Positions 1-9,502 of a DNA stretch of 32,000 bases are shown here, in pieces. Source of the stretch: Synechococcus sp. A15-28 (lineage in GTDB: Bacteria > Cyanobacteriota > Cyanobacteriia > PCC-6307 > Cyanobiaceae); assembly GCF_014280175.1 (NCBI RefSeq), contig NZ_CP047931.1:2280001-2312000 (forward strand), written 5' to 3'. Made by a program: the position numbers and the translations under genes. The notes beneath the pieces are model-generated. The model saw only the letters and a list, made by a program, of their open reading frames with translations, did not search any database and was not told the origin of the DNA. The number at the start of each line of letters is the position of its first letter. Within the stretch, counting starts at the first letter, position 1.

Positions 1-282
1 ACCCCTCTGATCATGGTGATGGGTCACAGTGTATGCGGTGCTGTTGACGCCGCACGCAAAAGCGACCCTCTGACCCCGCTTCTGGAGAAACTGGTCACGC
101 CAATCCGTGCGTCACTCACTCCTGGCGAAACACTGGATGAATCCATCCAAGCCAATTCGCGCTACGCGGCCAATCAGCTGACGGAAAGGAGTGCCGTTCT
201 TGCCGACGCTGTCAAAAACGGTTCCCTTCAGATCGTTGTCAGCACCTTCAACATCGCAGACGGTTCCGTCAGCATGGTCTGA
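1..282 (+). CDS. Beta-carbonic anhydrase, C-terminal part (gene begins upstream of window)
   Basis: Frame 1 is open from base 1 and reads [20 protein letters not shown]...[12 protein letters not shown], typical of the 'MGHSxCGAV' zinc-ligand region of beta-CAs and their C-terminal end. Confidence 0.9.
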   Translation, partial: TPLIMVMGHSVCGAVDAARKSDPLTPLLEKLVTPIRASLTPGETLDESIQANSRYAANQLTERSAVLADAVKNGSLQIVVSTFNIADGSVSMV

Positions 283-758
283 TGGAGGCTCCTCTCAATC
301 ATCTGAACCAGCAAGGCGAGGTTCACATGGTTGACGTGGGGGACCGCCCGGCCACCCACCGCGAGGCCCATGCCACAGGCGCGATCCGCATGGACGCCTC
401 AACCCTCGGCCTGATCCAGCGGGGCGAGACACCGAAAGGAGATCTTCTGGCGGTCGCCCGGGTGGCAGCGATCCAGGCCGCCAAACGCACCTGGGAGCTG
501 ATTCCCCTGTGCCATCCGCTGCCACTCAGTGGCATGGATGTGTCGATCGACGCCGACGCCTCCCTGCCTGGCCTGGTGCTCCACTGCCGCTGCCGCACCA
601 CAGGCCAGACCGGGGTGGAAATGGAAGCGATGACGGCCGTGTCCGTGGGGCTGCTGACCCTCTACGACATGCTCAAGGCGGTTGATCCAGCCATGACGAT
701 CGAGGCGATCCAGCTGGAGTTCAAGGAAGGAGGGCGGAACGGTGTCTGGAAACGCTGA
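282..758 (+). CDS. moaC: Cyclic pyranopterin monophosphate synthase (MoaC)
   Basis: 158-aa ORF with [30 protein letters not shown] and [25 protein letters not shown] motifs; overlaps upstream stop by 1 nt (TGATG). Confidence 0.96.
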   Translation: MEAPLNHLNQQGEVHMVDVGDRPATHREAHATGAIRMDASTLGLIQRGETPKGDLLAVARVAAIQAAKRTWELIPLCHPLPLSGMDVSIDADASLPGLVLHCRCRTTGQTGVEMEAMTAVSVGLLTLYDMLKAVDPAMTIEAIQLEFKEGGRNGVWKR

Positions 759-1992
759 GCCCTACGGACGCGAAGGGCTACCCCTCGAAGAGGCACGTCG
801 ACGGGTTCTGGCGGCACTCCAGCCGATCACAGCCAGCAACACAGTGCCGCTGCAGCAGGCCCTCGGCCGGGTGAGCGCTGCGGATGTGCTGGCCAGCGCA
901 GCGGTTCCGGGCTTCCGGGCCTCGATCATGGACGGCTACGCCCTGGGGCAGAACCACCAGCCCAAACCTGGGGAGACCTGGCAGCTGAAGGGACGCTCCG
1001 CCGCCGGCCAGCCCTTCAACGGAACCCTGGCCACCGGCGATGCGATCCGCATCCTCACCGGCGCTCCACTGCCGGACGTTGCCGGCTGGGTGCTGCCCCA
1101 GGAGCTGATCAGCGTGAACGGCACCAGCCTCCAGCTGGTGAAAGAAGCGTCGGATCGTCCCTGGATTCGCCCCGAGGATGAGGAATGTCGAGCGGGAGAC
1201 CTGCTGCTGGCCGCTGGAGAGCGCCTTGGTGCCGCCGATCTCGCACGCCTCGCCGGCTGCGGCATCGCCGACCTAACCGTTGCCCAGCAACCCCGCATCG
1301 GGCTGCTGATCAGCGGGGACGAGCTGGTGCCACCCGGAACAGCGCGGCAACCCGGTGCCATCTGGGAGAGCAACGGCACGCTTCTGGAGACAATGCTCCG
1401 GGCCCTCAGGCAATCGGTGACCCAGCGACGGGTGGTGGCCGATCAACCCGACGCCCTGCGGCAGGCCCTGCTGGATCTGGCCCATGACTGCGACGTGGTG
1501 GTGAGCACCGGCGGCGTCTCCGCCGGCGACACCGATTGGATCCGACCCCTGGTGGCGGAGCTGGGTGCTGTGGACTTCTGGAAACTGTTCCTACGCCCGG
1601 GGCGCCCCTTTGCCTTCGGCAGCATCGGTGAGGGCGTGCCGTTTTTCGGACTGCCGGGCAATCCCGTGGCGGCGGCAGTTACCGCCCTGCAACTGCTCTG
1701 GCCCGCCCTGCAGGTTCTGGAGGGCCAGAGCGAACCAGAGCTGTTCCCCCGGGTGATGGTGGAACTGGCCGACCCGTTGTCCCGCCGACCGGGACGGCCG
1801 GAACTGGCACGGGCCCGCCTCGACACCAACGCCGCAGGAACGCTGCTGGCACGGGTAGATGGCTCGCAGGCCTCATCCCGGATCGGTTCGCTGCAACAGG
1901 CCGATCTACTGTTGGAACTGCCAGCGGAAGCCGGCCCGCTCGAAAGGGGCACCCGTCTCTGGGCCCAGCTGATACGTCAACGGATTTTCTAA
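742..1992 (+). CDS. moeA: Molybdopterin molybdenumtransferase (MoeA)
   Basis: 416 aa; [45 protein letters not shown] motifs; 17-nt overlap with moaC. Confidence 0.95.
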   Translation: MSGNAEPYGREGLPLEEARRRVLAALQPITASNTVPLQQALGRVSAADVLASAAVPGFRASIMDGYALGQNHQPKPGETWQLKGRSAAGQPFNGTLATGDAIRILTGAPLPDVAGWVLPQELISVNGTSLQLVKEASDRPWIRPEDEECRAGDLLLAAGERLGAADLARLAGCGIADLTVAQQPRIGLLISGDELVPPGTARQPGAIWESNGTLLETMLRALRQSVTQRRVVADQPDALRQALLDLAHDCDVVVSTGGVSAGDTDWIRPLVAELGAVDFWKLFLRPGRPFAFGSIGEGVPFFGLPGNPVAAAVTALQLLWPALQVLEGQSEPELFPRVMVELADPLSRRPGRPELARARLDTNAAGTLLARVDGSQASSRIGSLQQADLLLELPAEAGPLERGTRLWAQLIRQRIF

Positions 1993-2786
1993 GCCGCAGC
2001 AGGCTGAAAGCAGCGGCGCTCCCAAGCCATGAGCTGGCCCGATGCATCGAAATGGATGCTGATCTGCTGAAACAGCGCATCGCCGAGACACCCGCCGATC
2101 TCGAGGCTGAAGGGCTGATTGAGAATCTCGCTGGGCACCGAGAACACCAAGCCGTCGGGCATCACGGCTGAGCAGTCGTTGTGCAACAGCTGGCTTGGAT
2201 CGAACAGCATCGGAGCGGCGTCCTCCGCCTGGCCGTTCACCCCCGCTTGCGGTCTGAGCATCTGCCGCTCGCCACTCCATCCATGTACCGGCGCCAGCAG
2301 GGCTTCGGGTGTCCCGCATGCGGGACGGTCGGGTTCGGGATCAGGACTGTTCAGGCAACGGAAACCCACCGCCCCAACACGCTGTAAAAGCCAACAGCCG
2401 TCGAGCGGTTCCCAGAGCAGCACCAGCATCGAGCGGGAACGTCCGCAGAACAGGTTGATCTCATGGCCGAAGCGGGGACGCTCGGGATCAAGCCCCCGGC
2501 TCGACTGACCGCCCGCCCCGGGGAACTGCCAACAGCCTCCACCAGCGTTGTAGGTGGCTCGGCTGATGGGATAAGTGGCCTTACCACCGGGGGCAAAGGC
2601 CAGACCCGAGCCATCCCACACCCCTTGGTCGTCATCGGAAAAGGAAATCGCGTAAGTGGTGGGGTCGATCCGACGGGTCGGACAGTGCAGATCCAGCCGA
2701 CCGCTGCCATCCCGCTCAAACCAATGGCCGCAGCCCTGCCAGTGGCCGGCGAAATTGCGGCTGTTGAGGGTCCATTGATCGGTCAT
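1989..2786 (-). CDS. Conserved cyanobacterial hypothetical protein (DUF3598-like by appearance)
   Basis: 265-aa ORF MTDQWTLNSRNFAGHWQGCGHWFERDG..., convergent with moeA with a 4-nt overlap; composition looks protein-like. Confidence 0.75.
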   Translation of the reverse strand: MTDQWTLNSRNFAGHWQGCGHWFERDGSGRLDLHCPTRRIDPTTYAISFSDDDQGVWDGSGLAFAPGGKATYPISRATYNAGGGCWQFPGAGGQSSRGLDPERPRFGHEINLFCGRSRSMLVLLWEPLDGCWLLQRVGAVGFRCLNSPDPEPDRPACGTPEALLAPVHGWSGERQMLRPQAGVNGQAEDAAPMLFDPSQLLHNDCSAVMPDGLVFSVPSEILNQPFSLEIGGCLGDALFQQISIHFDASGQLMAWERRCFQPAAA

Positions 2787-2845
2787 GTCCGTGACGGCAT
2801 GAATCGGTCGATCTCCTTAGCGTCACGCCAACAGCCATCCCCACC

Positions 2846-3709
2846 ATGGACCTGACGATCGTTGGCTGCGGCTATGTGGGGCTCGCCCTGGCGGAGCGGC
2901 TGCAACCAAGGCGGCCCCAGCTGAAGCTGACGCTCACCACCACCAGCAGAGAACGGCTGGCGCAACTCAGCCCCCTGGCCGATCGGGTGGAGCTGTGCGA
3001 CGCCACCAACCCCGCGCAATTGCTGGCCGCCCTGCGGCAAAGCAGCAGCGCCGTGTTCTGTCTTGGGCCAAAGGGAGATCGCCAGGTGGATGCCAACGGC
3101 TACCGCCACACCTTCATCGACAGCTTCTGCTGCCTGGCGTCGCTGTTGCCACAACTGCCGGAACTGCGGCAGATCGTCTACACGGGCAGTTGCTCGGTGT
3201 ATGGCGATGCCGAAGGGGACTGGGTGGATGAGCAAACACCACCCGCGCCAGGCCGCGGCCATGGCGATGTTCTGCTGGAAAGCGAACAACAGCTCAGCGG
3301 CATCGGCGACAGGCGGGTGTGCATCCTGCGCCTCGGGGCGCTCTATGGCCCCGGCCGCGATCTTGATCGACGCCTGCGCGGACTTGCTGGACTGGAACGT
3401 CCTGGCAACGGAGCGACCTACAGCAACTGGCTGCATGTGGCGGATGCCGCCGGTGCCCTGGAAGCCGCTCTCAATGCTGAATGGGCCGGTCTGGTGAACG
3501 TGGTCAACGACGAGCCGATTCAGCTGCGAGACCTGGTAGGGCGCAGCCTGCAGCGCCAGGGTCTGGCCCCCGTGCGCTGGCTGGGGCAGGACGAACCGGG
3601 TTCAGGGGGCCGACGGATTCGCAACACCCGGCTCAAACAGCTGGGCTACCAACTGCAGCACCCGCGCCTTGATCAGAGTGGCGTGTTGGCCACCAGCCAG
3701 GTGCCCTGA
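2846..3709 (+). CDS. NAD(P)-dependent sugar-nucleotide epimerase/dehydratase-like protein (SDR family)
   Basis: N-terminal MDLTIVGCGYVGLALAERL dinucleotide-binding motif; YTGSCSVYGDAEG; LRLGALYGPGRDL; VVNDEPIQLRDL. Confidence 0.88.
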   Translation: MDLTIVGCGYVGLALAERLQPRRPQLKLTLTTTSRERLAQLSPLADRVELCDATNPAQLLAALRQSSSAVFCLGPKGDRQVDANGYRHTFIDSFCCLASLLPQLPELRQIVYTGSCSVYGDAEGDWVDEQTPPAPGRGHGDVLLESEQQLSGIGDRRVCILRLGALYGPGRDLDRRLRGLAGLERPGNGATYSNWLHVADAAGALEAALNAEWAGLVNVVNDEPIQLRDLVGRSLQRQGLAPVRWLGQDEPGSGGRRIRNTRLKQLGYQLQHPRLDQSGVLATSQVP

Positions 3710-4101
3710 CCCGCGCACCACTCCCGCTTCCAGAACGGGGCCTGGTGCTTGAGCTGCTCTAACAAGGCGGCTGAGCAGCGCTGCGCCGCTCCACGACGAT
3801 CGGCCTGCACCGCCACCAGCACGATCGGCTCACCGGGGGCAAGCTTGCCCACCCGATGCAGCACCAAAATCGGCCCCGCCTGGTGCTCCTGCTGCAGACG
3901 CTGGGCCATAGCTGTGATCTGACGTTCGCAGAGGCCGGGGAAGTGCTCCAGCTCCAGCGCCTCCAGAGGCCGGCCATCCATCGTGGTGGGCCGCACCCGA
4001 CCGATGAAGATGGCCGCGGCCGCGGCATCCCCACACCAGAGCGCAAGCTGCTGCCACGGATCAAAGGGATCCGGGCACACCTCCACACGGCAACCGGTCA
4101 T
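3673..4101 (-). CDS. moaE: Molybdopterin synthase catalytic subunit (MoaE)
   Basis: 142 aa; AAAAIFIGRVRPTTMDGRPLEALELEHFPG, VLHRVGKLAPGEPIVLVAV, LKHQAPFWKREW. Confidence 0.93.
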   Translation of the reverse strand: MTGCRVEVCPDPFDPWQQLALWCGDAAAAAIFIGRVRPTTMDGRPLEALELEHFPGLCERQITAMAQRLQQEHQAGPILVLHRVGKLAPGEPIVLVAVQADRRGAAQRCSAALLEQLKHQAPFWKREWCAGQGTWLVANTPL

Positions 4102-4104
4102 GGT

Positions 4105-4335
4105 TCACCCCCCCGTGAACGGTGGCAGAAAGGCCAGCTCATCTCCAGCCTGCAACGGCTGATTGGCACCGACCAACTCCTGGTTCACCGCAATGCTGAT
4201 GCCCTCGAGCGGACCAAGATCCAACTGGTCCCAGACCTCACGAGCCGTCGAAACGCCTGAAGTGAACGGAAGGGAACGCTCGCCCCAACCGGCGCGTTCG
4301 CGCAGGGATGCGAACAGCAACACCCGGAGCACCAT
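4105..4335 (-). CDS. moaD: Molybdopterin synthase sulfur carrier subunit (MoaD)
   Basis: Last 76 aa of the 251-aa ORF 4105..4860: MVLRVLLFASLRERAGWGE...LQAGDELAFLPPFTGG*, with the ubiquitin-like C-terminal GG; ATG is the complement of cat at 4333-4335. The upstream part of the long ORF is the shadow of moaB. Confidence 0.92.
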   Translation of the reverse strand: MVLRVLLFASLRERAGWGERSLPFTSGVSTAREVWDQLDLGPLEGISIAVNQELVGANQPLQAGDELAFLPPFTGG

Positions 4336-4386
4336 GGCCTTCCCATCTGGAGCGGTTCTAGCGTCCGAAGGCTTCGCCGCTGTGCC

Positions 4387-4884
4387 ATGGCCCTGTCCAT
4401 CGCCCTGCTCACCATCTCCGACACACGCAGCCTGGCGGACGACAGCAGCGGAGATCAGCTGCAGCGCAGCCTTGAAGCCGCCGGCCATCGCCTTCACGAG
4501 CGACAACTCTGCCCGGATGATCGCTATCAGATCCGCCGTGAACTGAGCCGCTGGATCGCCGATCCCGCGGTTGATGTGATGATCACCAGCGGCGGCACCG
4601 GACTCACCGGCCGTGATGGCACCCCTGAAGCGGTGGTACCGCTGCTGGACAAAACAATCGAGGGATTCGGGGAACTGTTCCGTGTGCTCTCCTTCGAGAG
4701 CATTGGCACCAGTACGCTGCAAAGCCGCTGCCTTGCCGGCGTGGCCAACGGCACCTTTGTGTTTGTGCTGCCGGGATCTCTGGATGCGGTAACCACCGCT
4801 TGGGACAAGCTCATCCGTGCTCAGCTTGATGAACAGACCCGTCCCTGCAACCTGGCCCAACTGCGGGCTCGCTTGAAGGAATAA
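4387..4884 (+). CDS. moaB: Molybdenum cofactor biosynthesis protein MoaB/Mog family
   Basis: 165 aa; LLTISDTRSLADDSSGDQL, MITSGGTGLTGRDGTPEAV, LFRVLSFESIGTSTLQSRCLAGVANGTFVFVLPGS. Confidence 0.92.
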   Translation: MALSIALLTISDTRSLADDSSGDQLQRSLEAAGHRLHERQLCPDDRYQIRRELSRWIADPAVDVMITSGGTGLTGRDGTPEAVVPLLDKTIEGFGELFRVLSFESIGTSTLQSRCLAGVANGTFVFVLPGSLDAVTTAWDKLIRAQLDEQTRPCNLAQLRARLKE

Positions 4885-4905
4885 AGCGGGATCGAGGGGA
4901 GCTGT

Positions 4906-5694
4906 TCAGAACGGAATCGGCATCGTGACCGCTGCCGGTGTGGGCATGCAGGCTTCAATCTGCTGATCAATCACCTCACCCACCACAACGATCGAGGGTG
5001 ACTTGAAGGCCTCGGCTCGGCATTGATCAGCAACGTCAACCAGAGTGGCCTTGAGGCAGCGTTGCCCCGCCACCGTGCCCTGCTGGATAACCGCCACAGG
5101 GGTTGTAGTGGCCAAACCACCCGCCATCAGTTCCTCCGCGATCCGGGGCAGGTTGTGGAGCCCCATGTAGATCACCAATCCGTCACTGGCCGTGGCCAAA
5201 GCGCGCCAATCCACGGAGGGACGACGCTTGTCGATTTCCTCATGACCGGTGACGAAGGTCACCGATGAGCCCGCCCGCCGGTGGGTGACGGGAATCCCGG
5301 CGTAGGCAGGGGCGGCAATACCAGCGGTGACACCAGGCACCACCTGAACAGGAATGTTCCGCTCCGCCAGGTAAGCCGCTTCTTCCCCTCCACGACCAAA
5401 CAGGAAGGGATCACCCCCCTTCAAACGCACCACCGTGCTGTGCTTCTGGGCCATTTCAACGAGCACGGCATTCGTGCTGGGTTGTGGCACCGAATGATGT
5501 CCGCGACGCTTGCCGACAAAACGGCGTTCACAGGACGCCGGCACAAGATCCAGCACTTCTCTGGGCACCAGCGAGTCGTACACCAGGGCATCGCACTGGC
5601 TCAGCAGCCGATTCGCCTTCAGCGTGAGCAATTCGGGATCGCCGGGACCGGCTCCCACCAGATAAACGGTTCCGGTTTGTTCAGCGGTGGTCAC
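4906..5694 (-). CDS. cobA: Uroporphyrinogen-III C-methyltransferase
   Basis: 262 aa; VYLVGAGPGDPELLTLKANRLLSQCDALVYDSLV, RLKGGDPFLFGRGGEEA, VVPGVTAGIAAPAYAGIPVTHR. SUMT signatures. Confidence 0.95.
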   Translation of the reverse strand: MTTAEQTGTVYLVGAGPGDPELLTLKANRLLSQCDALVYDSLVPREVLDLVPASCERRFVGKRRGHHSVPQPSTNAVLVEMAQKHSTVVRLKGGDPFLFGRGGEEAAYLAERNIPVQVVPGVTAGIAAPAYAGIPVTHRRAGSSVTFVTGHEEIDKRRPSVDWRALATASDGLVIYMGLHNLPRIAEELMAGGLATTTPVAVIQQGTVAGQRCLKATLVDVADQCRAEAFKSPSIVVVGEVIDQQIEACMPTPAAVTMPIPF

Positions 5695-6353
5695 GGCAGA
5701 GAAACAAGCAGATCGATCAGGGCCTGGCGGGTGGGGGGATGCTCCAGCAGAGGAGGCAATCCACCAGCTTCGCTCAATGCCTCCGTCATGCGGTTCGGGG
5801 CGAGGGTTAACGGGAGTGGGCGGGCGCAGGGATTGCGCTGCTGATACTTGGGCCAGGCATCAAAGGCAACCAATGGCAAGGCCAGGCGAGAGGAGAGCAT
5901 CGCGAGGAAGCGATCCGCCACTCCCGGGCGCAGGGGGTGATGCACCAGCACGGCATCACGGCGCTCAGACACCGGCAGTGCTGAGATCACCGCGTTCCAC
6001 CAGGTGATCCAGGAGCCCAGAAAGGGAAGCAAACGCACGCTGGCCCCGGCGGCATGAAGCCTGTTGCGAATCGCCGGCACGTCCGTTCGGGCATGCGCTC
6101 CAGGCAACAGCAGCAACGGAACAATCCAAGAGGGTTGGAGAAGCGCCGACACGGGTTGTTCAGCCGTCAGCACCTCCAGCTGAACGGGCGCCGATCGCCG
6201 CTGGGCCAGGAGATCCGGCAGGGAGGCCAAGCAGTCGGGAACGACACCGCCACTACGGCCATGCACCACCAGATGCAACCCTTGACGCCCCCGATCGGAA
6301 GCGTCATTCCGTAGCAATGGCCACGGATCAAAAAAAGAGCTATCTGATGTCAT
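5691..6353 (-). CDS. Sirohydrochlorin chelatase/CbiX-like hypothetical protein
   Basis: Start taken at MTSDSSFFDPW (cat at 6351-6353); LHLVVHGRSGG...LEVLTAEQP...PLLLLPGAHARTDVPAI resembles CbiX-type domains; 4-nt overlap with cobA. Confidence 0.65.
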   Translation of the reverse strand: MTSDSSFFDPWPLLRNDASDRGRQGLHLVVHGRSGGVVPDCLASLPDLLAQRRSAPVQLEVLTAEQPVSALLQPSWIVPLLLLPGAHARTDVPAIRNRLHAAGASVRLLPFLGSWITWWNAVISALPVSERRDAVLVHHPLRPGVADRFLAMLSSRLALPLVAFDAWPKYQQRNPCARPLPLTLAPNRMTEALSEAGGLPPLLEHPPTRQALIDLLVSLP

Positions 6354-6362
6354 CGAGAAGTA

Positions 6363-6680
6363 ATGACCTGGGGTAAGTACATGGCACCTCGCCAACAAAA
6401 CGAAAGTGCATCATTGGAAAGTCGTTTCTACCGAGCACAGACACGTCGGCGCTTTGACCTAAGCTCTACATTAATTGAATTTAAGAGTCCCAGTATGCGC
6501 AAAAGGGCAAAGCCGTACGACAAGAGTTACAGACGGCAATACGAGCGGAATCGTAATTCCATCAACAGAACAACTTTTGAGTACGAACTAGAAAAGGACG
6601 TAGCCGCTTTGAAGACGGTTTGGCAAATGATCAGCTCGGGAGCTGCCCGCATGCTGAACAGAGTTTTACATCAGATTTAA
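6363..6680 (+). CDS. Small basic hypothetical protein
   Basis: 105-aa ORF MTWGKYMAPRQQNESASLESRFYRAQTRRRFDLSS...; fills the gap between divergent cobA-side genes and nirA; no recognised domain. Confidence 0.45.
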   Translation: MTWGKYMAPRQQNESASLESRFYRAQTRRRFDLSSTLIEFKSPSMRKRAKPYDKSYRRQYERNRNSINRTTFEYELEKDVAALKTVWQMISSGAARMLNRVLHQI

Positions 6681-6913
6681 ATCTATAAAATGAATAGCAT
6701 AGATCGCACAGGAAAAAGAATATAAAATCAACAGGGAAGCTGGGAGTCTAAAAAACCAACATTGTGCTAATATATTTTTTAAGTAGCTCGAGAAATCGAA
6801 GGTTACTTCACTATCGCACGCTTTCATTATTACGTAGCGACAAAGGTCCCCGGGCCGATTAAACTGATCTACTACATTTTTTGATCGATCAGTCCGCCCT
6901 ATTTTCATGAATC

Positions 6914-8455
6914 ATGACCATCAAAAACCAAGTCAACCCCTACTTCGCAGAAAAAAAAATGAATAAGATTGAAAAAAGTAAGTTGGAAAAAGATGGGCTT
7001 TTAGTAGGAAGCGAAATCGAAAAGTTTGCAAAAATTGGGTGGGAAAATATGGATGAAACCGATTTAAAACTCCGTCTGAAATGGTATGGAATGTTCTGGC
7101 GTCCGAAAACACCCGGAAAATTCATGCTAAGACTTAGAATACCAAATGGTGTATTGACATTCAATCAAATACGAGTTGTAGCTTCAATAGTTGAACGTTA
7201 TGGAGAAAATGGAAGCTGCGACATCACCACAAGGCAAAACCTGCAACTTAGAGGAATACTATTATGCGATCTTCCCGAGATCCTTAGAAGACTGCGTGAA
7301 GCCGGACTAACTAGCATCCAGTCGGGCTTTGATAATCCACGAAACGTAACCGGCAATCCACTCGCAGGAATAGATCCGAACGAAATCGTCGATACGAGAC
7401 CTTACACAACTAAATTGCAGAACTTTCTCACAAATAATTGTGAGGGAAATTCGGAATATTCCAACCTACCGAGAAAATGGAACACAGCAGTCGCAGGGTC
7501 TAAAGACAATTTCCTTCTTCACAACGACATAGTGTTTCATCCCGTTGAGAATAACGGCGTGATGGGTTTTAGCATCTGGATTGGAGGGATTTTATCTCCA
7601 CAGATGAACGCATATGCATTTCCCATGAATGTATGGGTATTACCTGACGAGATCTGCAACATTTTGGATACTGTGATTCGTCTCTGGAGAGACAATGGAG
7701 AAAGAGAAAAGAGAACCAAGGGACGTTTCCGCATGTATCTCGATGAGATAGGGCACGAGGAATTCCGCAGCCAAGTGGAAAAACTGTACGGAACACTCAC
7801 TCCCGATCCAGGCTCAATATTCGAAAACTCTCCACGCTCTCACTTCGGCATTAATCAGCAGAAACAAGCCGGACTTTATTTTGCTGGCATACACGTGCCG
7901 GTCGGTCGCCTCACGGCAGAGGATCTACAAGATATCGCAACAGCGAGTCTCAAATATGGAAATGGAGAAATTAGACTCACAGAAGACCAAAATATAATTA
8001 TCACAGGTCTTACGAGTGAAAAAGTTGAAGAATTAAAGACTGATACATTATTGCAGCGTTTCCCCCTAGCACCTAGCAATATTTCAGCAGGAACAGTGTC
8101 CTGCACGGGAAATACGTACTGTAGTTTTGCGCTTACCAACACTAAAGACCAAGCCTTAAAAGCAGCAAAGGAACTTGACGAGGAGTTGAATCTACCTGAA
8201 GAGATAAAAGTTCACTGGACTGGCTGTCCAAATACATGTGGACAGGCTTATATGGGAGCAATAGGTTTAACAGGTACAAAGGCTAAAAATGCTGAAGGAG
8301 TAATGGGTGAAGGCTACACAATGACTATTGGTGGTTCACAGGGTCGCAACCCAACTATTGGTCAAATCTATCGCAAAGCTATACCTGCGGCTGAAATCAA
8401 AACAGCCCTTAAGGAAGTACTTATTTCAAAATTTGGAGCTACAGAAAAGAAATAA
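6914..8455 (+). CDS. nirA: Ferredoxin-nitrite reductase
   Basis: 513 aa; PGKFMLRLRIPNGVLT, DVTTRQ-like DITTRQNLQLRG, CTGNTYCSFALTNTK (C-x5-C) and HWTGCPNTCGQAYMG (C-x3-C) siroheme/4Fe-4S ligands. Confidence 0.95.
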   Translation: MTIKNQVNPYFAEKKMNKIEKSKLEKDGLLVGSEIEKFAKIGWENMDETDLKLRLKWYGMFWRPKTPGKFMLRLRIPNGVLTFNQIRVVASIVERYGENGSCDITTRQNLQLRGILLCDLPEILRRLREAGLTSIQSGFDNPRNVTGNPLAGIDPNEIVDTRPYTTKLQNFLTNNCEGNSEYSNLPRKWNTAVAGSKDNFLLHNDIVFHPVENNGVMGFSIWIGGILSPQMNAYAFPMNVWVLPDEICNILDTVIRLWRDNGEREKRTKGRFRMYLDEIGHEEFRSQVEKLYGTLTPDPGSIFENSPRSHFGINQQKQAGLYFAGIHVPVGRLTAEDLQDIATASLKYGNGEIRLTEDQNIIITGLTSEKVEELKTDTLLQRFPLAPSNISAGTVSCTGNTYCSFALTNTKDQALKAAKELDEELNLPEEIKVHWTGCPNTCGQAYMGAIGLTGTKAKNAEGVMGEGYTMTIGGSQGRNPTIGQIYRKAIPAAEIKTALKEVLISKFGATEKK

Positions 8456-8569
8456 TCATTTTATAAGAAATAAAACAAGTTATAAAGCAAAGTTGATCAA
8501 CAGAGAAGAGTAAAGATAATATTGCAAAATTAAAAGAATTGCAATAATTAGAGTATAGAAAAAAAGATC

Positions 8570-9502
8570 ATGCTAGGGTTAAAAGGTATAACAAAGAAAG
8601 TATCGAACTTAAATCAGATGGAGAATCTATATCACATTAGAGAAAGATTCTCAATTATTCATAATAATAAGATAATAGGAATACAGATGAAATGGGAAGG
8701 TAAAAGAGAAAAGTCTCCGATGCTAATGCTTCCGGCCTTAAGTACAATTTTAAATAGCGATGAATGGCAACATTTTAAAGCAATAGTGACAGATAAATAC
8801 CAATTAATAACAATCGATTGGCCTGGATTCGGCGAAAGTGATAAAATAGATATACACTACAGTGGAACAGTATTACAAGAAACACTAAAAAAGGCTATCA
8901 AAGTAATACAGAGTAAAAATTACAGAAAGCTAACTATAATTGCAGCTGGTCATAGTGCCTCAGTTGTACTTACACTAAAAGACAAATACATCAATACGAT
9001 AAAACAAATTGTGCTAATTCCACCAACATGGAGAGGTCCACTTCCAAGTATGACAGGATGGTCACCTAAGAGGCTAAATATCATAAATGAAATAGTAAGG
9101 CTTCCTATCATTGGTCCAATGCTATACTTCATAAATACAACAAAAGTAATTATAAGATTTATGATGAAAAGGCATGTATGGCTAAATAAGAATGACCTTG
9201 ATAATGATAAAATACGAAAACTTCAGGTATTATCTCGACAGAAGGGAGCACGATACGCAAGCGCAGCATTCGTAACAGGGAGATTAGATATAGATAATAA
9301 TAACAAGTGGTGGATATCAAACACAAATATAGTTAAAGAAATGTCTACTCTTGTTATACCGAAGGATTCACCAAAAAGATCATTATCAGAGATGGAAGCA
9401 CTCTCAGAGAGCATTAAAGATGTTTTATACATTAGAAGTAGGCTAGGATGCACGAAGAATTCGGAGAAGAAATCGCGAAGAGATTATTCTACTAAATTGT
9501 AA
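8570..9502 (+). CDS. Alpha/beta-fold hydrolase, probably frameshifted near the 3' end
   Basis: LITIDWPGFGESDKIDIHYS (HG-like, 'DWPGFGxS'), TIIAAGHSASVVLTLK nucleophile elbow; catalytic-His region continues in another frame (HEEFGEEIAKRLFY*, 9451-9495). Confidence 0.8.
   Translation: MLGLKGITKKVSNLNQMENLYHIRERFSIIHNNKIIGIQMKWEGKREKSPMLMLPALSTILNSDEWQHFKAIVTDKYQLITIDWPGFGESDKIDIHYSGTVLQETLKKAIKVIQSKNYRKLTIIAAGHSASVVLTLKDKYINTIKQIVLIPPTWRGPLPSMTGWSPKRLNIINEIVRLPIIGPMLYFINTTKVIIRFMMKRHVWLNKNDLDNDKIRKLQVLSRQKGARYASAAFVTGRLDIDNNNKWWISNTNIVKEMSTLVIPKDSPKRSLSEMEALSESIKDVLYIRSRLGCTKNSEKKSRRDYSTKL

Noticed and set aside
4105-4860. 251-aa minus-strand ORF as one protein
   Set aside because: Only the last 76 aa are MoaD; the rest is antisense to moaB with no domain-like sequence.
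6531-6600. Relaxed NtcA site GTAATTCCATCAAC (GT-N10-AC)
   Set aside because: Matches only the loosest consensus, lies inside an ORF over 300 bp from nirA, and is expected by chance.
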